Assembly: GCA_963578805.1 (NCBI GenBank)
Contig: CAUZDY010000014.1
Coordinates: forward strand, 514 to 64,513
Direction: 5' to 3'
Origin: Vicinamibacteria bacterium
GTDB taxonomy: Bacteria > Acidobacteriota > Vicinamibacteria > Vicinamibacterales > UBA8438
DNA: 64,000 nt
Below are positions 1-10,173 of this stretch, piece by piece. The notes under the pieces are model-generated. The model made no database searches, had not been told where the DNA came from, and saw nothing but the letters and a program-made list of their open reading frames with translations. A program made the translations under genes and the position numbers. Positions within the stretch are counted from its first letter, which is position 1; each line of letters opens with the position of its first letter.

Positions 1-554
1 TGGACTTCGGGTCGGTGGTTGGGGGAAGCTTCCGCCGGATCATCCAGACGCAAGGTGGCATCACGATGTACTACGACCAAGGCCAAGGCCAAGGGTTCCA
101 GCGCACCATCGTCATGGATGGTAGTCCCCACCTTCCCGACACGATTCGTCAGTGGTTTGGGGACTCAAGGGCTCACTGGGACGGTGACACGTTAGTGATC
201 GACGTCACCAATTTCAGCCCCAAACAAGATCTCATGGGATCTCGTGAAAATCTGCATTTAGTGGAACGCTGGACGCGAACAGGCCCGGACACGCTGGCTT
301 ATGAGGTCACTATTGAAGACCCAACCGTTTGGGTTCAGCCTTGGACCGTGAAACAAGAACTCCAACGGCAGAACGACCAAGAGAATCGAATCTACTATGA
401 GCCACGGTGCCACGAAGGCAACTACGGCTTCCCGGCCCTCTTGAAAGGGGCACGAGTCAATGAGGAGGCCTACGCAGCGGGCACCGGGCCGCATCCGGCC
501 ACCTTCGATAATGCCACCGGGTCAGGGTTAACAAGTTTTCCGGGAAATCGATAG
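1..554 (+). CDS. Conserved hypothetical secreted protein, 5' partial (family with GDSRAHWDGDTLV and CHEGNY motifs)
   Basis: Frame is open from the window start. Shares WDGDTLVIDVTNF, HLVERWTR, YEVTIEDP and CHEGNY motifs with the paralog at 30327-31337. Confidence 0.75.
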   Translation, partial: DFGSVVGGSFRRIIQTQGGITMYYDQGQGQGFQRTIVMDGSPHLPDTIRQWFGDSRAHWDGDTLVIDVTNFSPKQDLMGSRENLHLVERWTRTGPDTLAYEVTIEDPTVWVQPWTVKQELQRQNDQENRIYYEPRCHEGNYGFPALLKGARVNEEAYAAGTGPHPATFDNATGSGLTSFPGNR

Positions 555-790
555 GGCCGCGAGCCGTCAGCCTCGGCATCCAGAGCGGCACGCGATTCAG
601 CTGACCAAGTCGCTGCCTCTCAGCTGGTCGTTGAGAAACGCACGTACGTGCCGGGCGATAGGCAGGGTGGCTCCGGCTTTCTTCGTCCGCCGCACATGCC
701 GGGCATCAGCTAGTCCCTTCGCCAAGTGTGCCATGCCATGCCACACCCTCTTGGATCGACGTCGGCCATACGAAAAGATAGCCGAGTGGA

Positions 791-1408
791 TCAGCGCCCG
801 TCGCCCGGCAGGCCCTCGATCCCAGGCTCTAGCTGAGCGCCCAGTGTGTTTTGGAACATCGACAGCTGCGTGTAATTGCCAACGATTAGCACAACCTCGC
901 GTAACTGACTCTCAGTGTAACGCTCGCCGAGCGTGTTCCACGTCGCCTCGGAGATAAATCGACTCGTGTAGAGTTCGTCAGCCGCCCTGAGCAGAGCTGC
1001 ATCGAAGTCGCTCCACCCCGCCGCGTCGTCCCCTAGGGTGACCCGGCTGATTTCCTGTTCGGTGAGCCCAGCTTCCTGCCCAATGATGTTATGCCGCCCC
1101 CAGATGTAGTCGGCTCGGTTCAACCACGCTGTGCGAAGAATGATCACCTCCCGGTCGCGGGCCGGGATCGTGGCGTTACGGACGAAGTGCCCCGTGTACG
1201 CCCAGTACCTTTGGCACGTCTCGGTGCTGGGGGGCGATTCGGGGCACAGCTGTCTCATTTCGCTCGCTCCTCTCGGATCGTCCGGAAGGGCGATCCGGGG
1301 ACCATCGAGGCGGTCGAACGCCTTCACGCGTTTCTGTGCCTCTCCGACAAGCGATGTGAGCGCTGCGATAGCGAGAACCACACCGAACGCAACGGTGAAC
1401 CGTTTCAT
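791..1408 (-). CDS. Carboxymuconolactone decarboxylase/AhpD-like protein with N-terminal signal peptide
   Basis: REVIILRTAW...YIWGRH and ALLRAADEL...ISEATW...QLREVV motifs; GGAGG SD before the ATG. Confidence 0.75.
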   Translation of the reverse strand: MKRFTVAFGVVLAIAALTSLVGEAQKRVKAFDRLDGPRIALPDDPRGASEMRQLCPESPPSTETCQRYWAYTGHFVRNATIPARDREVIILRTAWLNRADYIWGRHNIIGQEAGLTEQEISRVTLGDDAAGWSDFDAALLRAADELYTSRFISEATWNTLGERYTESQLREVVLIVGNYTQLSMFQNTLGAQLEPGIEGLPGDGR

Positions 1409-1653
1409 CGGACACCTCCCTGTTTGCTTTGAGGATGAGGGCGCTTCCGGATACTGTCAAGTCAACGTTATTCATGAGTCGGCTTAGAGTTTCTGTCACT
1501 CAGGCCTCGTAAGCGGTCTGAGAAGTCCGTCCGCAGTAACTGGCCACTCTCTCCATTGCATCAACTTCGTCCAGCGTCCACTCCCTTGTTGCGGTGACGT
1601 AGTCGTCCTTTTCCTTCTGTCGTGGCGCGACGAGGTGTCCCCCATTTCCCGTG

Positions 1654-2696
1654 TCAGGGGTAGAATTTTTCAGTTTCTTTGAAGGGCTTGGCGGTAATTA
1701 CAGCGGAGCGGTTGACCCGTAGGTAATGCGTCAGCTTGATGCTGAAAGTCGGCGTGTAACAGTCGTTCTTCTTGTCGTGCGGGACAGGAGTGGGGAGTGT
1801 TGATGGCCGCGTCCCGCTTCGCAAGGTGTCCAAGTAGTCCGCCCACTGCTGCATCATGTCTCGACGCTCCTGGAGGTGCGTCGTGCGGTTGTAGGCGCGT
1901 CCTAGTGGATTCTTGACGCGATGTGCGAGTTGGTGCTCGATGAAGTGTTGGGGAAAGTGAAGTTGTTCCTCAAGGACCGTATACGCCATCGCACGGAACC
2001 CGTGTGCCGACATCTTTTCTTTGGGGATACCCATGGCGCGCATCGCGGCCGGGAGAGTGTTTTCACTCATCGGACGTCCGTTGTTTCACGTCCCTGGGAA
2101 GACGTACTCCTGGTGACCGGTGTGGGGATGCAGCGCACGCAAGATGGCAACGGCTTGCGTAGCAAGCGGAACGATGTGATCTGTGTGTGTTTTCGTGACG
2201 CGGTACTGCCACTGTGGCTCGGCAGCGTCGAGATCAATGTCTGCCCACTTCGCTGTCCGTAATTCTCCTGGCCTAACGAACACGAGGGGTGCCAAACGTA
2301 ACGCGCTCATGACAACCGACGTTCCCACATACCCGTCGAGCATCCGTAAGAGCGGTCCGATCTCCTTGGGATCGGTCACGGCAGCGAAAGGGGGTCACTG
2401 GAGTCAGTGCAGGTCTCACTGACGCGCTAGGGTCGTGTGTGATGCGCCTTGTCGCGATGGCGTGGCAACAGACTTGCCGGCACACCATCAGGACACGACT
2501 CGCGGTCTCGTACTTCTCTTGTTCCTGAATCGGCTTGAACAGCGCAAGGATGTTCTGGGCTCTGACAGCAGCGATCGATTGCGTGCTGAGTTTCTGGAAT
2601 ACATACGATTCCAGCCGCATCAAAACCATCATCGGCGAGTCTCCTCGTCTCGAGGCCAGGTTGAGCGTTTCTGATAGCGGTGTTGGTCAATGGCAT
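1654..2696 (-). pseudogene. Fragmented P4-like tyrosine integrase
   Basis: Pieces lie in several frames: MPLTNTAIRNAQPG (arm-binding start), YETASRVL...HAIA, ALRLAPLVFVRPGELRTAKWADID (catalytic R), HGFR, QLAH, RAYNR (catalytic Y), MMQQWADYLD. There are frameshifts and a large N-terminal deletion. Confidence 0.92.
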
Positions 2697-2884
2697 ATGT
2701 GGGCAACCCACCGCCTATATCTCCAGCACAAAGATCGGCGGTTGCCAACAAAACAGGTGGATGTCAATGGAAAACCACAGACGCCCATAGACTGATAGAG
2801 CCTCAAAAAGCCTTATAAAACAGTACTGTTATTGGAGTGTCTGGATGTGATGGGAGAGAACTGGAGACATGGCTGGAAAAGAAA

Positions 2885-3033
2885 TGGCGGTGAGCATAGC
2901 CTCCGCACCGAAAGTTTTGTAGACGCGTCCTGGCCTTGACTTCGACGCGCTATAGCACCCGGCCACGAAGCCGACCGGGGATTGCGCCACCAGCCGGCTC
3001 CGGCCGACACGCTCATGGTTATGAACACTGCTA
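2885..3033 (-). ncRNA. Putative 6S-like (ssrS-like) structured RNA
   Basis: The ends pair (GCAGTG-TT-CATAACC with GGCTATG-CT-CACCGC). There is an apical CCCGGTC/GGCCGGG hairpin and an unpaired central region containing AAAACT. No protein-like ORF; it lies directly after the HU stop codon. Confidence 0.45.
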
Positions 3034-3327
3034 GCTCGGCAAGACCGAGTCTTTCAGTTGCTTTGCGATACGCGCCTTTACAACAGTCTTTGCCGGTATC
3101 TGGATGGTCTCACCCGTCGCCGGATTTCGACCGGTCCGGGCCTTTCGATTCTGAACCACCAGCTTCACCATTCCCGGAATAACGAACTCGCCACTTCGCT
3201 TGAGTTCACTCTCGGACAGTTGCTGGAGCTCGTCAAAAAACTCACGTGCTTGTGTCCGCTTGAGATTGAAACGCTCCGCAAAATGGTTAAAGAGCTCGGA
3301 CTTACCCATTCTTCGGCCTTCGACCAT
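3031..3327 (-). CDS. hup: HU/IHF family DNA-binding protein
   Basis: MGKSELF...GEFVIPGMVKLVVQNRKARTGRNPATGETIQIPAKTVVKARIAKQLKD; GGGGG SD lies 6 nt before the ATG at 3327. Confidence 0.95.
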   Translation of the reverse strand: MVEGRRMGKSELFNHFAERFNLKRTQAREFFDELQQLSESELKRSGEFVIPGMVKLVVQNRKARTGRNPATGETIQIPAKTVVKARIAKQLKDSVLPS

Positions 3328-3500
3328 CGACATCCCCCTGGCTGTAGGCGCGCTGTCAGGATCCGCATACTCGGCCGCACGCGCACAAACGACCGCCGCA
3401 GAAAAGACCTAATAAAAACGCGCCTGATGCTAGCGCGCGGGTGTCCTCGTGTCAATAAGTCTTCTCTGGTCCCCTTCGGTAACAGTGCTGAAATCCCGGT

Positions 3501-3506
3501 TAGAAT
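3501..3506 (+). promoter_or_regulatory. -10 element (TAGAAT), probable leaderless promoter of queF
   Basis: TAGAAT, then 6 nt, then ATG 3513; no SD. Confidence 0.5.
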
Positions 3507-3512
3507 CAGGCT

Positions 3513-3866
3513 ATGCAGGAGGGTCCACTTGAGACATTTCCCAACCCGCGTCCGGAACGTGACTACGAGATCGCGATCTACTGTCCGGAATTCACGTCTA
3601 TCTGTCCGAAGACTGGATTGCCTGATTTCGGCGAAATTCGGATCACGTATACCCCAGACGAACGTTGTCTGGAACTCAAGGCGCTGAAGTACTACCTGAT
3701 TGAGTTCCGCGATAAGGGAATTTTCTACGAACATGTCACTAACCAAATTCTCGATGACTTAGTGGAAGTGTGTCGGCCGAGACAGATGACGGTCGTTGGG
3801 GACTTCTCCGTTCGGGGCGGTATCACCACCCAGGTTACGGCCCGCTACACCAAGAATGGCACATGA
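3513..3866 (+). CDS. queF: NADPH-dependent preQ0 reductase QueF (type I)
   Basis: [35 protein letters not shown] and FSVRGGI motifs. Confidence 0.95.
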   Translation: MQEGPLETFPNPRPERDYEIAIYCPEFTSICPKTGLPDFGEIRITYTPDERCLELKALKYYLIEFRDKGIFYEHVTNQILDDLVEVCRPRQMTVVGDFSVRGGITTQVTARYTKNGT

Positions 3867-4131
3867 GGTGCCGGTCGACGGCGTGCTAGATCTACACAGC
3901 TTCGCCCCGCGCGATATCAACTCGGTCGTTGAAGAATACGTGAAAACAGCAGCGGCAGCGGACCTCCGACAGGTACGTCTCATTCATGGTCGCGGCATAG
4001 GCGTTCAGCGGTCGATCGTGCATGCGGCGCTCGCGCGGCACCCTGCTGTTTACGATTTTTTTGACGCTCCCGAGTCTAAACTGGGAGCCACCATCGCCGT
4101 GCTGACGCTTACGAGGACACCCCGCAACTAG
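3856..4131 (+). CDS. Stand-alone Smr/MutS2 domain protein
   Basis: LDLHSF...[13 protein letters not shown]...GATIA; the ATG overlaps the end of queF. Confidence 0.88.
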   Translation: MAHEVPVDGVLDLHSFAPRDINSVVEEYVKTAAAADLRQVRLIHGRGIGVQRSIVHAALARHPAVYDFFDAPESKLGATIAVLTLTRTPRN

Positions 4132-4178
4132 TGCAAGAAGTGCCCCGCCTTCACAGAGCCTAAGACGGAGGATCCAGA

Positions 4179-4952
4179 ATGGACGGCACAGTGCTTTTCA
4201 GCCTTGACTCGTTGATTGCCCTTGTCAGCCTCACGACTATCGAGATCGTCCTGGGAATCGACAACATCATCTTTCTTGCCATCCTGACCGACCGACTTCC
4301 AGAGAACCAACGTCACAGAACCCGGAACATAGGATTGGTCCTCGCTATGGTGATGCGGATCGCACTTCTCTTAGCCATCTTCTGGGTCATGCGCCTGACG
4401 ACACCACTCTTCGAAGTCCCGTTTTTCACAGAACCCCTTGCCGATGGCACCGGAATAATGCCGCTCAGCATCAGCGGTCGAGATCTCATCCTACTCCTGG
4501 GAGGACTGTTCCTCCTCGCTAAGGCGACCTTCGAGATCCATCACCTCATGGAGGGAGCTCATGAACCGGGCGTCCAGCGCAAAGGAGCAATCTCTGCGGG
4601 TGCCGTATTGAGCCAAGTCGTACTGCTTGACCTCGTGTTCAGTCTCGATTCCGTTATCACAGCGGTTGGAATGGCCGACCGCGTCGAGGTCATGATCGCA
4701 GCAGTCATCGTCGCCGTCGCGGTGATGATCGCGTTCGCTGGGGCGGTCAGTCGATTCATTGCTCGACATCCTTCGATGAAAACATTGGCACTGGCTTTTC
4801 TCGTGATGATCGGTGTGTTGCTTGTCGCCGACGGTCTGGGCCAGCATCTTCCACGTGGCTATGTGTATTTTGCGATGGCTTTCAGCCTGCTCGTCGAGCT
4901 CATTAACCTGAAAGCCGTCACTAGACGACAGCCGGCCGAGGCTACCGGATGA
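4179..4952 (+). CDS. TerC family integral membrane protein
   Basis: EIVLGIDNIIF, LDLVFSLDSVITAVG and KTLALAFLVMIG motifs; GGAGG SD. Confidence 0.93.
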   Translation: MDGTVLFSLDSLIALVSLTTIEIVLGIDNIIFLAILTDRLPENQRHRTRNIGLVLAMVMRIALLLAIFWVMRLTTPLFEVPFFTEPLADGTGIMPLSISGRDLILLLGGLFLLAKATFEIHHLMEGAHEPGVQRKGAISAGAVLSQVVLLDLVFSLDSVITAVGMADRVEVMIAAVIVAVAVMIAFAGAVSRFIARHPSMKTLALAFLVMIGVLLVADGLGQHLPRGYVYFAMAFSLLVELINLKAVTRRQPAEATG

Positions 4953-4956
4953 CGAG

Positions 4957-5895
4957 ATGACCACCCCGCGATGTCGATCACTCGTCATCGGCGCCTTCCT
5001 CGCCACCTGGTGCGCCACGAGCTCAATCGGCGCGCAAATACTTGGACCCGTCAGGCTCGTGGTCGATGCCCCGGCAGAACTCGAGAGCGTCGTGTCGCAG
5101 GTCCGTGACTTTGACACCACACGGCTGGTCAGTGTGATGAGGCTGACTGGGATCCAGGACGCTGAGCAACCGATCCGGATACTGCTCATGCCGGAACAGT
5201 CGACCACAGCGCGCAACACGCCAGAGTGGGTAGCTGGTTTTGCCGACTCGGCACGTGACCTCGTGGTGCTGTTTCCCACCCGCATTGGCTCATACCCGTA
5301 CCGCACACTCGAAAGTGTCGTGTATCACGAGGTGGCACACATCCTGATCAACCGGGCAGCAAACGGGAGGCGGGTCCCGCGGTGGTTCAACGAAGGACTG
5401 GCCAGCGCAGCTGAACGGAGCTGGGACATTGAGGACCGGTCTCGTTTCACGTGGGAGCTTGTGGCCGGACGCGCGCTGACGGCGACCCAGCTCGAGACAC
5501 TGTTCGGACAGGATCGTGGGGACGTGGCTCGAGCTTATGTCCTGTCGGAAGCCCTCGTTCGCGACATTCTTCAGCGCCACGGTCCCTTGACGGCAGCACG
5601 CCTCTTGAGTCGCATGGCCGGCGACATCTCATTCGAAGCCGCGCTGTACGCCACCACGGGGCTGACGATCTCTGAGCACGTGAGATTGTTCTGGAACCGT
5701 CACGCCATTTGGAAGCGGTGGATCGCCCTGGCTGGCCACCCCTTCACACTATGGGGCTTGGTGACATTCCTCGCACTCGTCGCCATCTGGCGACACCGCC
5801 GTCGCCGGTTCGAACGGAGACAGCAGTGGGAGATGGAGGAGCGGGCAGAAGACCAAGCGTGGGAGGAACACCGCCAAAGATATCGGGTGCACTAG
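4957..5895 (+). CDS. Peptidase MA-like (gluzincin) metallopeptidase with C-terminal TM segment
   Basis: HEVAH zinc motif followed by PRWFNEGLA; signal peptide; hydrophobic segment then charged tail. Confidence 0.75.
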   Translation: MTTPRCRSLVIGAFLATWCATSSIGAQILGPVRLVVDAPAELESVVSQVRDFDTTRLVSVMRLTGIQDAEQPIRILLMPEQSTTARNTPEWVAGFADSARDLVVLFPTRIGSYPYRTLESVVYHEVAHILINRAANGRRVPRWFNEGLASAAERSWDIEDRSRFTWELVAGRALTATQLETLFGQDRGDVARAYVLSEALVRDILQRHGPLTAARLLSRMAGDISFEAALYATTGLTISEHVRLFWNRHAIWKRWIALAGHPFTLWGLVTFLALVAIWRHRRRRFERRQQWEMEERAEDQAWEEHRQRYRVH

Positions 5896-5926
5896 CTAGT
5901 CTAGCGAGTCTGACAGATCTGTGCGC

Positions 5927-6280
5927 TTACGTGATGGTCAACAGCGTATACGCAGCGATGATCGTCCCCAGCAGCGCAGCACCATAGCAGAGGAGGGCAA
6001 TTGGCCGCTGGGCTCCGTGTTTGATCTGAAAGACATCATAGAGCGTGTATCGGAAACGGTGAGCCCAATGGAAGAGCGGTAAGAAAATGAAGACGAATAA
6101 GTACAGCCGCGCGATCGGATGGATGACCAGACTATGAAGTGACTCGTAGTCCGGAGCGTCAACCCATCCCAGGGGAAACGCGAGGCCAATCAGCAGCATA
6201 TGTACCGGGAACAAGAGGGCGGAAACCATTCCCCCGGCACCGAACAAGAACCATAGAAACGGCGTAATGCCTCTGGTCAT
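5927..6280 (-). CDS. frdD: Fumarate reductase subunit D (membrane anchor)
   Basis: WFLFGAGGMVSALLFP...LPLFHWAHRFRY; last gene of the frd operon. Confidence 0.9.
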   Translation of the reverse strand: MTRGITPFLWFLFGAGGMVSALLFPVHMLLIGLAFPLGWVDAPDYESLHSLVIHPIARLYLFVFIFLPLFHWAHRFRYTLYDVFQIKHGAQRPIALLCYGAALLGTIIAAYTLLTIT

Positions 6281-6694
6281 CTATCTGAGCAACAAAATCC
6301 ACGCAACGACCGCGGATACCGCTATCCATCCGACATAGTGCAAACCCGCGATCACCTGACCCGGAACACGTGTCTCGCCCAGTCGGACGGTCATAGTTGT
6401 AGGAACAGCCTTGAACCACGTAACAGCGTGCAACAACATGGCCCCAAGACCGATCGTGTTCAACAGAATGAAACCTGGTGTCCTCAACCGGTCGATGAAT
6501 GCCGCATATGCATCCGGACCGATTGCCAAGGCTCGAATCTGAAAAAGTGTGAGAACAGCAAAGATCCCAACGAAGACACAGGTAAGCTCCCGGATAATGA
6601 AGTTGAAGTACGCGCGCTTCTCCAGCCACCACCAGAATGACATCGGGCGATGGTACAGCCGCGGACCGGACGGACTACCGGTCACGTCGCTCAC
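6281..6694 (-). CDS. frdC: Fumarate reductase subunit C (membrane anchor)
   Basis: [10 protein letters not shown]...[10 protein letters not shown]...LHAVTWF; GTGA overlap with the frdB stop. Confidence 0.9.
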   Translation of the reverse strand: MSDVTGSPSGPRLYHRPMSFWWWLEKRAYFNFIIRELTCVFVGIFAVLTLFQIRALAIGPDAYAAFIDRLRTPGFILLNTIGLGAMLLHAVTWFKAVPTTMTVRLGETRVPGQVIAGLHYVGWIAVSAVVAWILLLR

Positions 6695-7437
6695 TTAGAA
6701 CCCCATGGCAACAACACAGATTTGAACCAGTCGGTCGCTGTCGCCATCTTGTACAGTTGGATCGCGCCAGCGGGGTCGACGTTCTTTGGACACACTTCGG
6801 TGCACTCACCCACGAAGGTACAGCCCCACATTCCCTCGTGCTCATCCAGGACGGTCATCCGCTCCGCCGCCCCTTGATCACGCGAATCCAGATTGTAACG
6901 CTGCGCCAGAGCGATCGCGGCCGGCCCGACAAAATCGGGCTCAAGACCTACGACGGGACATGCCGAGTAACACAGCATGCAGTTGATGCACATGCTAAAT
7001 GGCTTGTAGATGTCGAGTTCGGCAGGCGTCTGAAGGTATTCGCCCTCGTCGGGTGACTTCTCGTCGTCCCTGACGATCCACGGCTTAACACTGGAGAGCT
7101 TCCCCAGAAAGCTATTGATATCGACGATGAGGTCGCGGACGACGGGAAAGAACTGTAAGGGTTCGATTCGAATCGGTCCCGACAACACATAGTCGGATAG
7201 CGGAATGGCGCACGTGAGCTTCGGAGTGCCGTTCACCATCATCCCGCAGCTGCCACACACACCCATCCGGCACGACCAGCGGAATGACAATGAGCCATCG
7301 AGCTGATCCTTGACGAAATTCAGCGCGTCCAGGATCACCCAATCCTTGTTGTACGGTACGTCGTAAGTCTGAAACGTCGGTTCCGACTCTTCCTCGGGAC
7401 GGTACCTTGAAACAACCAGCTGGATAGTCTCTGCCAT
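6691..7437 (-). CDS. frdB: Fumarate reductase iron-sulfur subunit
   Basis: [10 protein letters not shown] (2Fe-2S), [12 protein letters not shown] (4Fe-4S) and [12 protein letters not shown] (3Fe-4S). Confidence 0.95.
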   Translation of the reverse strand: MAETIQLVVSRYRPEEESEPTFQTYDVPYNKDWVILDALNFVKDQLDGSLSFRWSCRMGVCGSCGMMVNGTPKLTCAIPLSDYVLSGPIRIEPLQFFPVVRDLIVDINSFLGKLSSVKPWIVRDDEKSPDEGEYLQTPAELDIYKPFSMCINCMLCYSACPVVGLEPDFVGPAAIALAQRYNLDSRDQGAAERMTVLDEHEGMWGCTFVGECTEVCPKNVDPAGAIQLYKMATATDWFKSVLLPWGSK

Positions 7438-7441
7438 GTCG

Positions 7442-9184
7442 CTACCTTCCGTAGACCCGGTCACCAGGCGGCCATTTCGTAATGGTCACCGGCAGGTACT
7501 CAATCTGCGCTGAACCATCCGTTGCGCGTTGCGCCAGGGAATGCGCGAGAAACCGCTCATCATCCCGGTCAGGATAGTCCGTTCGCTGATGCGCCCCGCG
7601 CGATTCAGTCCTTAGCGCGGCAGACCGGAGAATCACCTCGGCCAAATCGAGCATATAGCCTAGTTCCAGCGCCGCGATCAGTTCTGTGTTGAAGGTTCGG
7701 CTCCGGTCGTCCAGCCTCAAATGACGGGCCCGCCGACGCAAACCGGCCATCGTCTCCGCCGCCACGTCAAGGGTCGCTCCCGTTCGGTAGATCCCCGCAC
7801 CTTCCTCCATGGTCGTCTGCATCTCGGTCCGCAAAGTAGCAATTCGCTCTGTCCCATCGGCCCTTCCGAGAAAGTCTTCGTGTAGCCGTCGCTCCTCGTC
7901 TCGAACCTGAGCCTCCACGGACCTGCCGACGGGCCCTGCCTGCTCTACGAACTCGGCGGCCGCTCGGCCAGCCCGTGCGCCAAAGACGAGACATTCAGTC
8001 AGAGAATTCGAACCAAGCCGATTGGCACCGTTCAAGCTCACACAGGCCACCTCGCCCGCTGCATACAGTCCGCTGAGAGGCGTTGCGCCGTTGATGTCGG
8101 TGTGAACACCACCCATCATGTAGTGGACAACCGGTCGGACCGGGATCATCTCCTTGACCGGGTCGAGGTTTGCATACTTCATACACAATTCGCGCACGAA
8201 GGGGAGCTTCTTGTCGATGACTTTCTCACCGACCTGGCGGATATCCAGATGGACATAGTGACCGTACGGACCCTCCAGCGTGCGACCCTTCTGCTGTTCC
8301 TGGATGAACGCTTGCGACAGCCGGTCTCGTGGACCGAGTTCCATGGACCGCAGCACCGGTTGAGGCTCCGGTTGGCCGAGATCGTAGTCCTGGAGATACC
8401 GGTAGCCGTCCTTGTTGACCAACCACCCCCCTTCGGCTCGTGCGGCCTCGGTGATCAGGATCCCGGTCGCCGGCAGTCCCGTAGGATGGTACTGAATGAA
8501 CTCCATGTCCTTGAGCGGCACGCCTGCTCGATAGGCGAGTGCCATCCCGTCGCCGTTCTTGATGTTCGCGTTGGTCGTAAACGAAAAGACCTTGCCGCAG
8601 CCACCGGTGCACAGGATCACGGCCTGTGCGGTAATGCTATGGACCTGGCCGGTGGCCAACTCGATGGCAACGACGCCAAAGCAGCGCCCGTCATCGACAA
8701 GCAGCTTGGTGACGAACCACTCGTCGAATCGCGTTACAGCTTTGTACTTCAGCGACGTCTGGAACAGCGCGTGGAGCATGTGGAAACCGGTCTTGTCCGC
8801 GGCGTACCATGTCCGCTTCACCTTCATCCCGCCGAACGGGCGGACAGCGACACTCCCATCCGACTCTCGGCTCCAGGGACAACCCCAGTGCTCTAGTTGC
8901 ACCATTTCACGTGGTGCTTCTTCGACAAACGCTTCGACCGCATCTTGATCGCACAGCCAATCTGCCCCAGACACGGTATCGTAGGCATGGGCCTCGGCAC
9001 TATCCCCAGGCTTGATGACAGCCGCGGCACCGCCTTCGGCCGCAACCGTATGGCTTCGCATTGGATATACCTTGGACACGACGGCGATGTTTAGATTCGG
9101 TTTAGCTTCAGCAGCTGCGATGGCTGCGCGCAGACCAGCCCCGCCACCACCTACGATGAGTACGTCACAGGAGTATCCAGCCAT
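7442..9184 (-). CDS. frdA: Fumarate reductase flavoprotein subunit
   Basis: GGGGAG FAD fold, [10 protein letters not shown] covalent-FAD His, QYHPTG, HYMMGG and [10 protein letters not shown]. Confidence 0.96.
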   Translation of the reverse strand: MAGYSCDVLIVGGGGAGLRAAIAAAEAKPNLNIAVVSKVYPMRSHTVAAEGGAAAVIKPGDSAEAHAYDTVSGADWLCDQDAVEAFVEEAPREMVQLEHWGCPWSRESDGSVAVRPFGGMKVKRTWYAADKTGFHMLHALFQTSLKYKAVTRFDEWFVTKLLVDDGRCFGVVAIELATGQVHSITAQAVILCTGGCGKVFSFTTNANIKNGDGMALAYRAGVPLKDMEFIQYHPTGLPATGILITEAARAEGGWLVNKDGYRYLQDYDLGQPEPQPVLRSMELGPRDRLSQAFIQEQQKGRTLEGPYGHYVHLDIRQVGEKVIDKKLPFVRELCMKYANLDPVKEMIPVRPVVHYMMGGVHTDINGATPLSGLYAAGEVACVSLNGANRLGSNSLTECLVFGARAGRAAAEFVEQAGPVGRSVEAQVRDEERRLHEDFLGRADGTERIATLRTEMQTTMEEGAGIYRTGATLDVAAETMAGLRRRARHLRLDDRSRTFNTELIAALELGYMLDLAEVILRSAALRTESRGAHQRTDYPDRDDERFLAHSLAQRATDGSAQIEYLPVTITKWPPGDRVYGR

Positions 9185-9380
9185 TGTGGGTTTCGTAGAA
9201 GACTCTACGCCAGACGGCGAAAGGATATTCGATACTGTTCTTCTACATCAAGTTATGTCAGTCACACATCTCTCGCATCACACGACCCCACGCCGACGGC
9301 GTCGTGAAGAAAGTGGCCGCAGCTCGCGGACGAGTAGGAATCGGTCAGGGCACCTTGAGAGTCACTCGCGACCGACCTTG

Positions 9381-9625
9381 GCGAGAATGAACGACGTTGT
9401 CGTTCTGACTATGTCTGAATTTGGTCGGGCTCTAAGGAAGAATGCTAACTGTCGGAACGGGCACGGTAACGCCATACCCATCCTTGGTGACGACGTCCGT
9501 GGAAGGAGGGTCTACGGCCCTTGGCCAAGTCTCGACCGAGAGCACCGGTACGACGGCGCGATCTCGCCGTGACCACAGCTTTTTGTGACGTCTTCGTAGA
9601 AATCGTCGCCGTCATCTGCGCATCG
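9381..9625 (+). pseudogene. Remnant of a DUF1501 family gene (C-terminal part only)
   Basis: DVVVLTMSEFGR...GRRVYGPWPSL, then a frameshift to RDLAVTTAFCDVFVEI; the rest of the gene is missing. Confidence 0.7.
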
Positions 9626-9647
9626 AGGAGCGATTCCTCAGCATTTG

Positions 9648-10148
9648 TCATGACTGCCGGTCGCGCGTCTTGCGCACAGCCACAGCACGACTACCCTTCT
9701 TGCGACGGCTGCGGGCCCGAACACTCAACGCCTTGAGCTGGTCCCCTTCGCCGACGACGAGCAGCGGCTGATCGGAGTCCCGAAGCAGACTAAAACATTC
9801 ACCGGCCGATGTCTTGGCGTAGACCTCATGACCGTCGGTCAGCAGCGTTACCTCACCGCCCTCGCCAAGCGCGTCGAACAGTCGCACGCCGAATCGTTCG
9901 CGAAGCACCGAAAGAATCGTCCGGATTTTTTGGGCGGTGAACCCTTTGCGCCTCAAATCGGCAAGGGCCAGCAATTCGTAAAGATCAACCGGGGAGTAGC
10001 GCCGCTCGGTGAAACCACCCGCCTTGGTGGGGCGTGATGCCACCGCTGCCGAAAAGAGACGGCGAGCATCCCACCACTGTAACTGGCGGGCCGATAGGCC
10101 TGTCAATGCCGCGACCTCGCGTGCACTATACGAACGCTTTAGTTTCAC
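9648..10148 (-). CDS. MerR-type HTH transcriptional regulator
   Basis: YSAREVAALTGLSARQLQWWD...RRYSPVDLYELLALADLRRKGF. Confidence 0.85.
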   Translation of the reverse strand: MKLKRSYSAREVAALTGLSARQLQWWDARRLFSAAVASRPTKAGGFTERRYSPVDLYELLALADLRRKGFTAQKIRTILSVLRERFGVRLFDALGEGGEVTLLTDGHEVYAKTSAGECFSLLRDSDQPLLVVGEGDQLKALSVRARSRRKKGSRAVAVRKTRDRQS

Positions 10149-10173
10149 GTGGCGTTCCCCGCATGGTTGTCGG

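Noticed and set aside
560-790. Possible remnant reading (AHLAKGLADARH...ATLPIARHV) on the minus strand
   Set aside because: Too short and too weak to assign to a family.
1500-1810. Non-integrase tail of the 1654-2070 ORF and a possible attR (GCGGTGA near 1590)
   Set aside because: The tail has no recognisable motif, and a 7-bp match is expected by chance.
3334-3512. preQ1 riboswitch upstream of queF
   Set aside because: No preQ1 stem-loop with A-rich tail, and queF appears leaderless.
8102-8896. Long antisense ORFs (also 4491-5306, 19216-19977, 24089-24970, 57732-58631)
   Set aside because: Shadow frames opposite well-supported genes in GC-rich DNA; no motifs.
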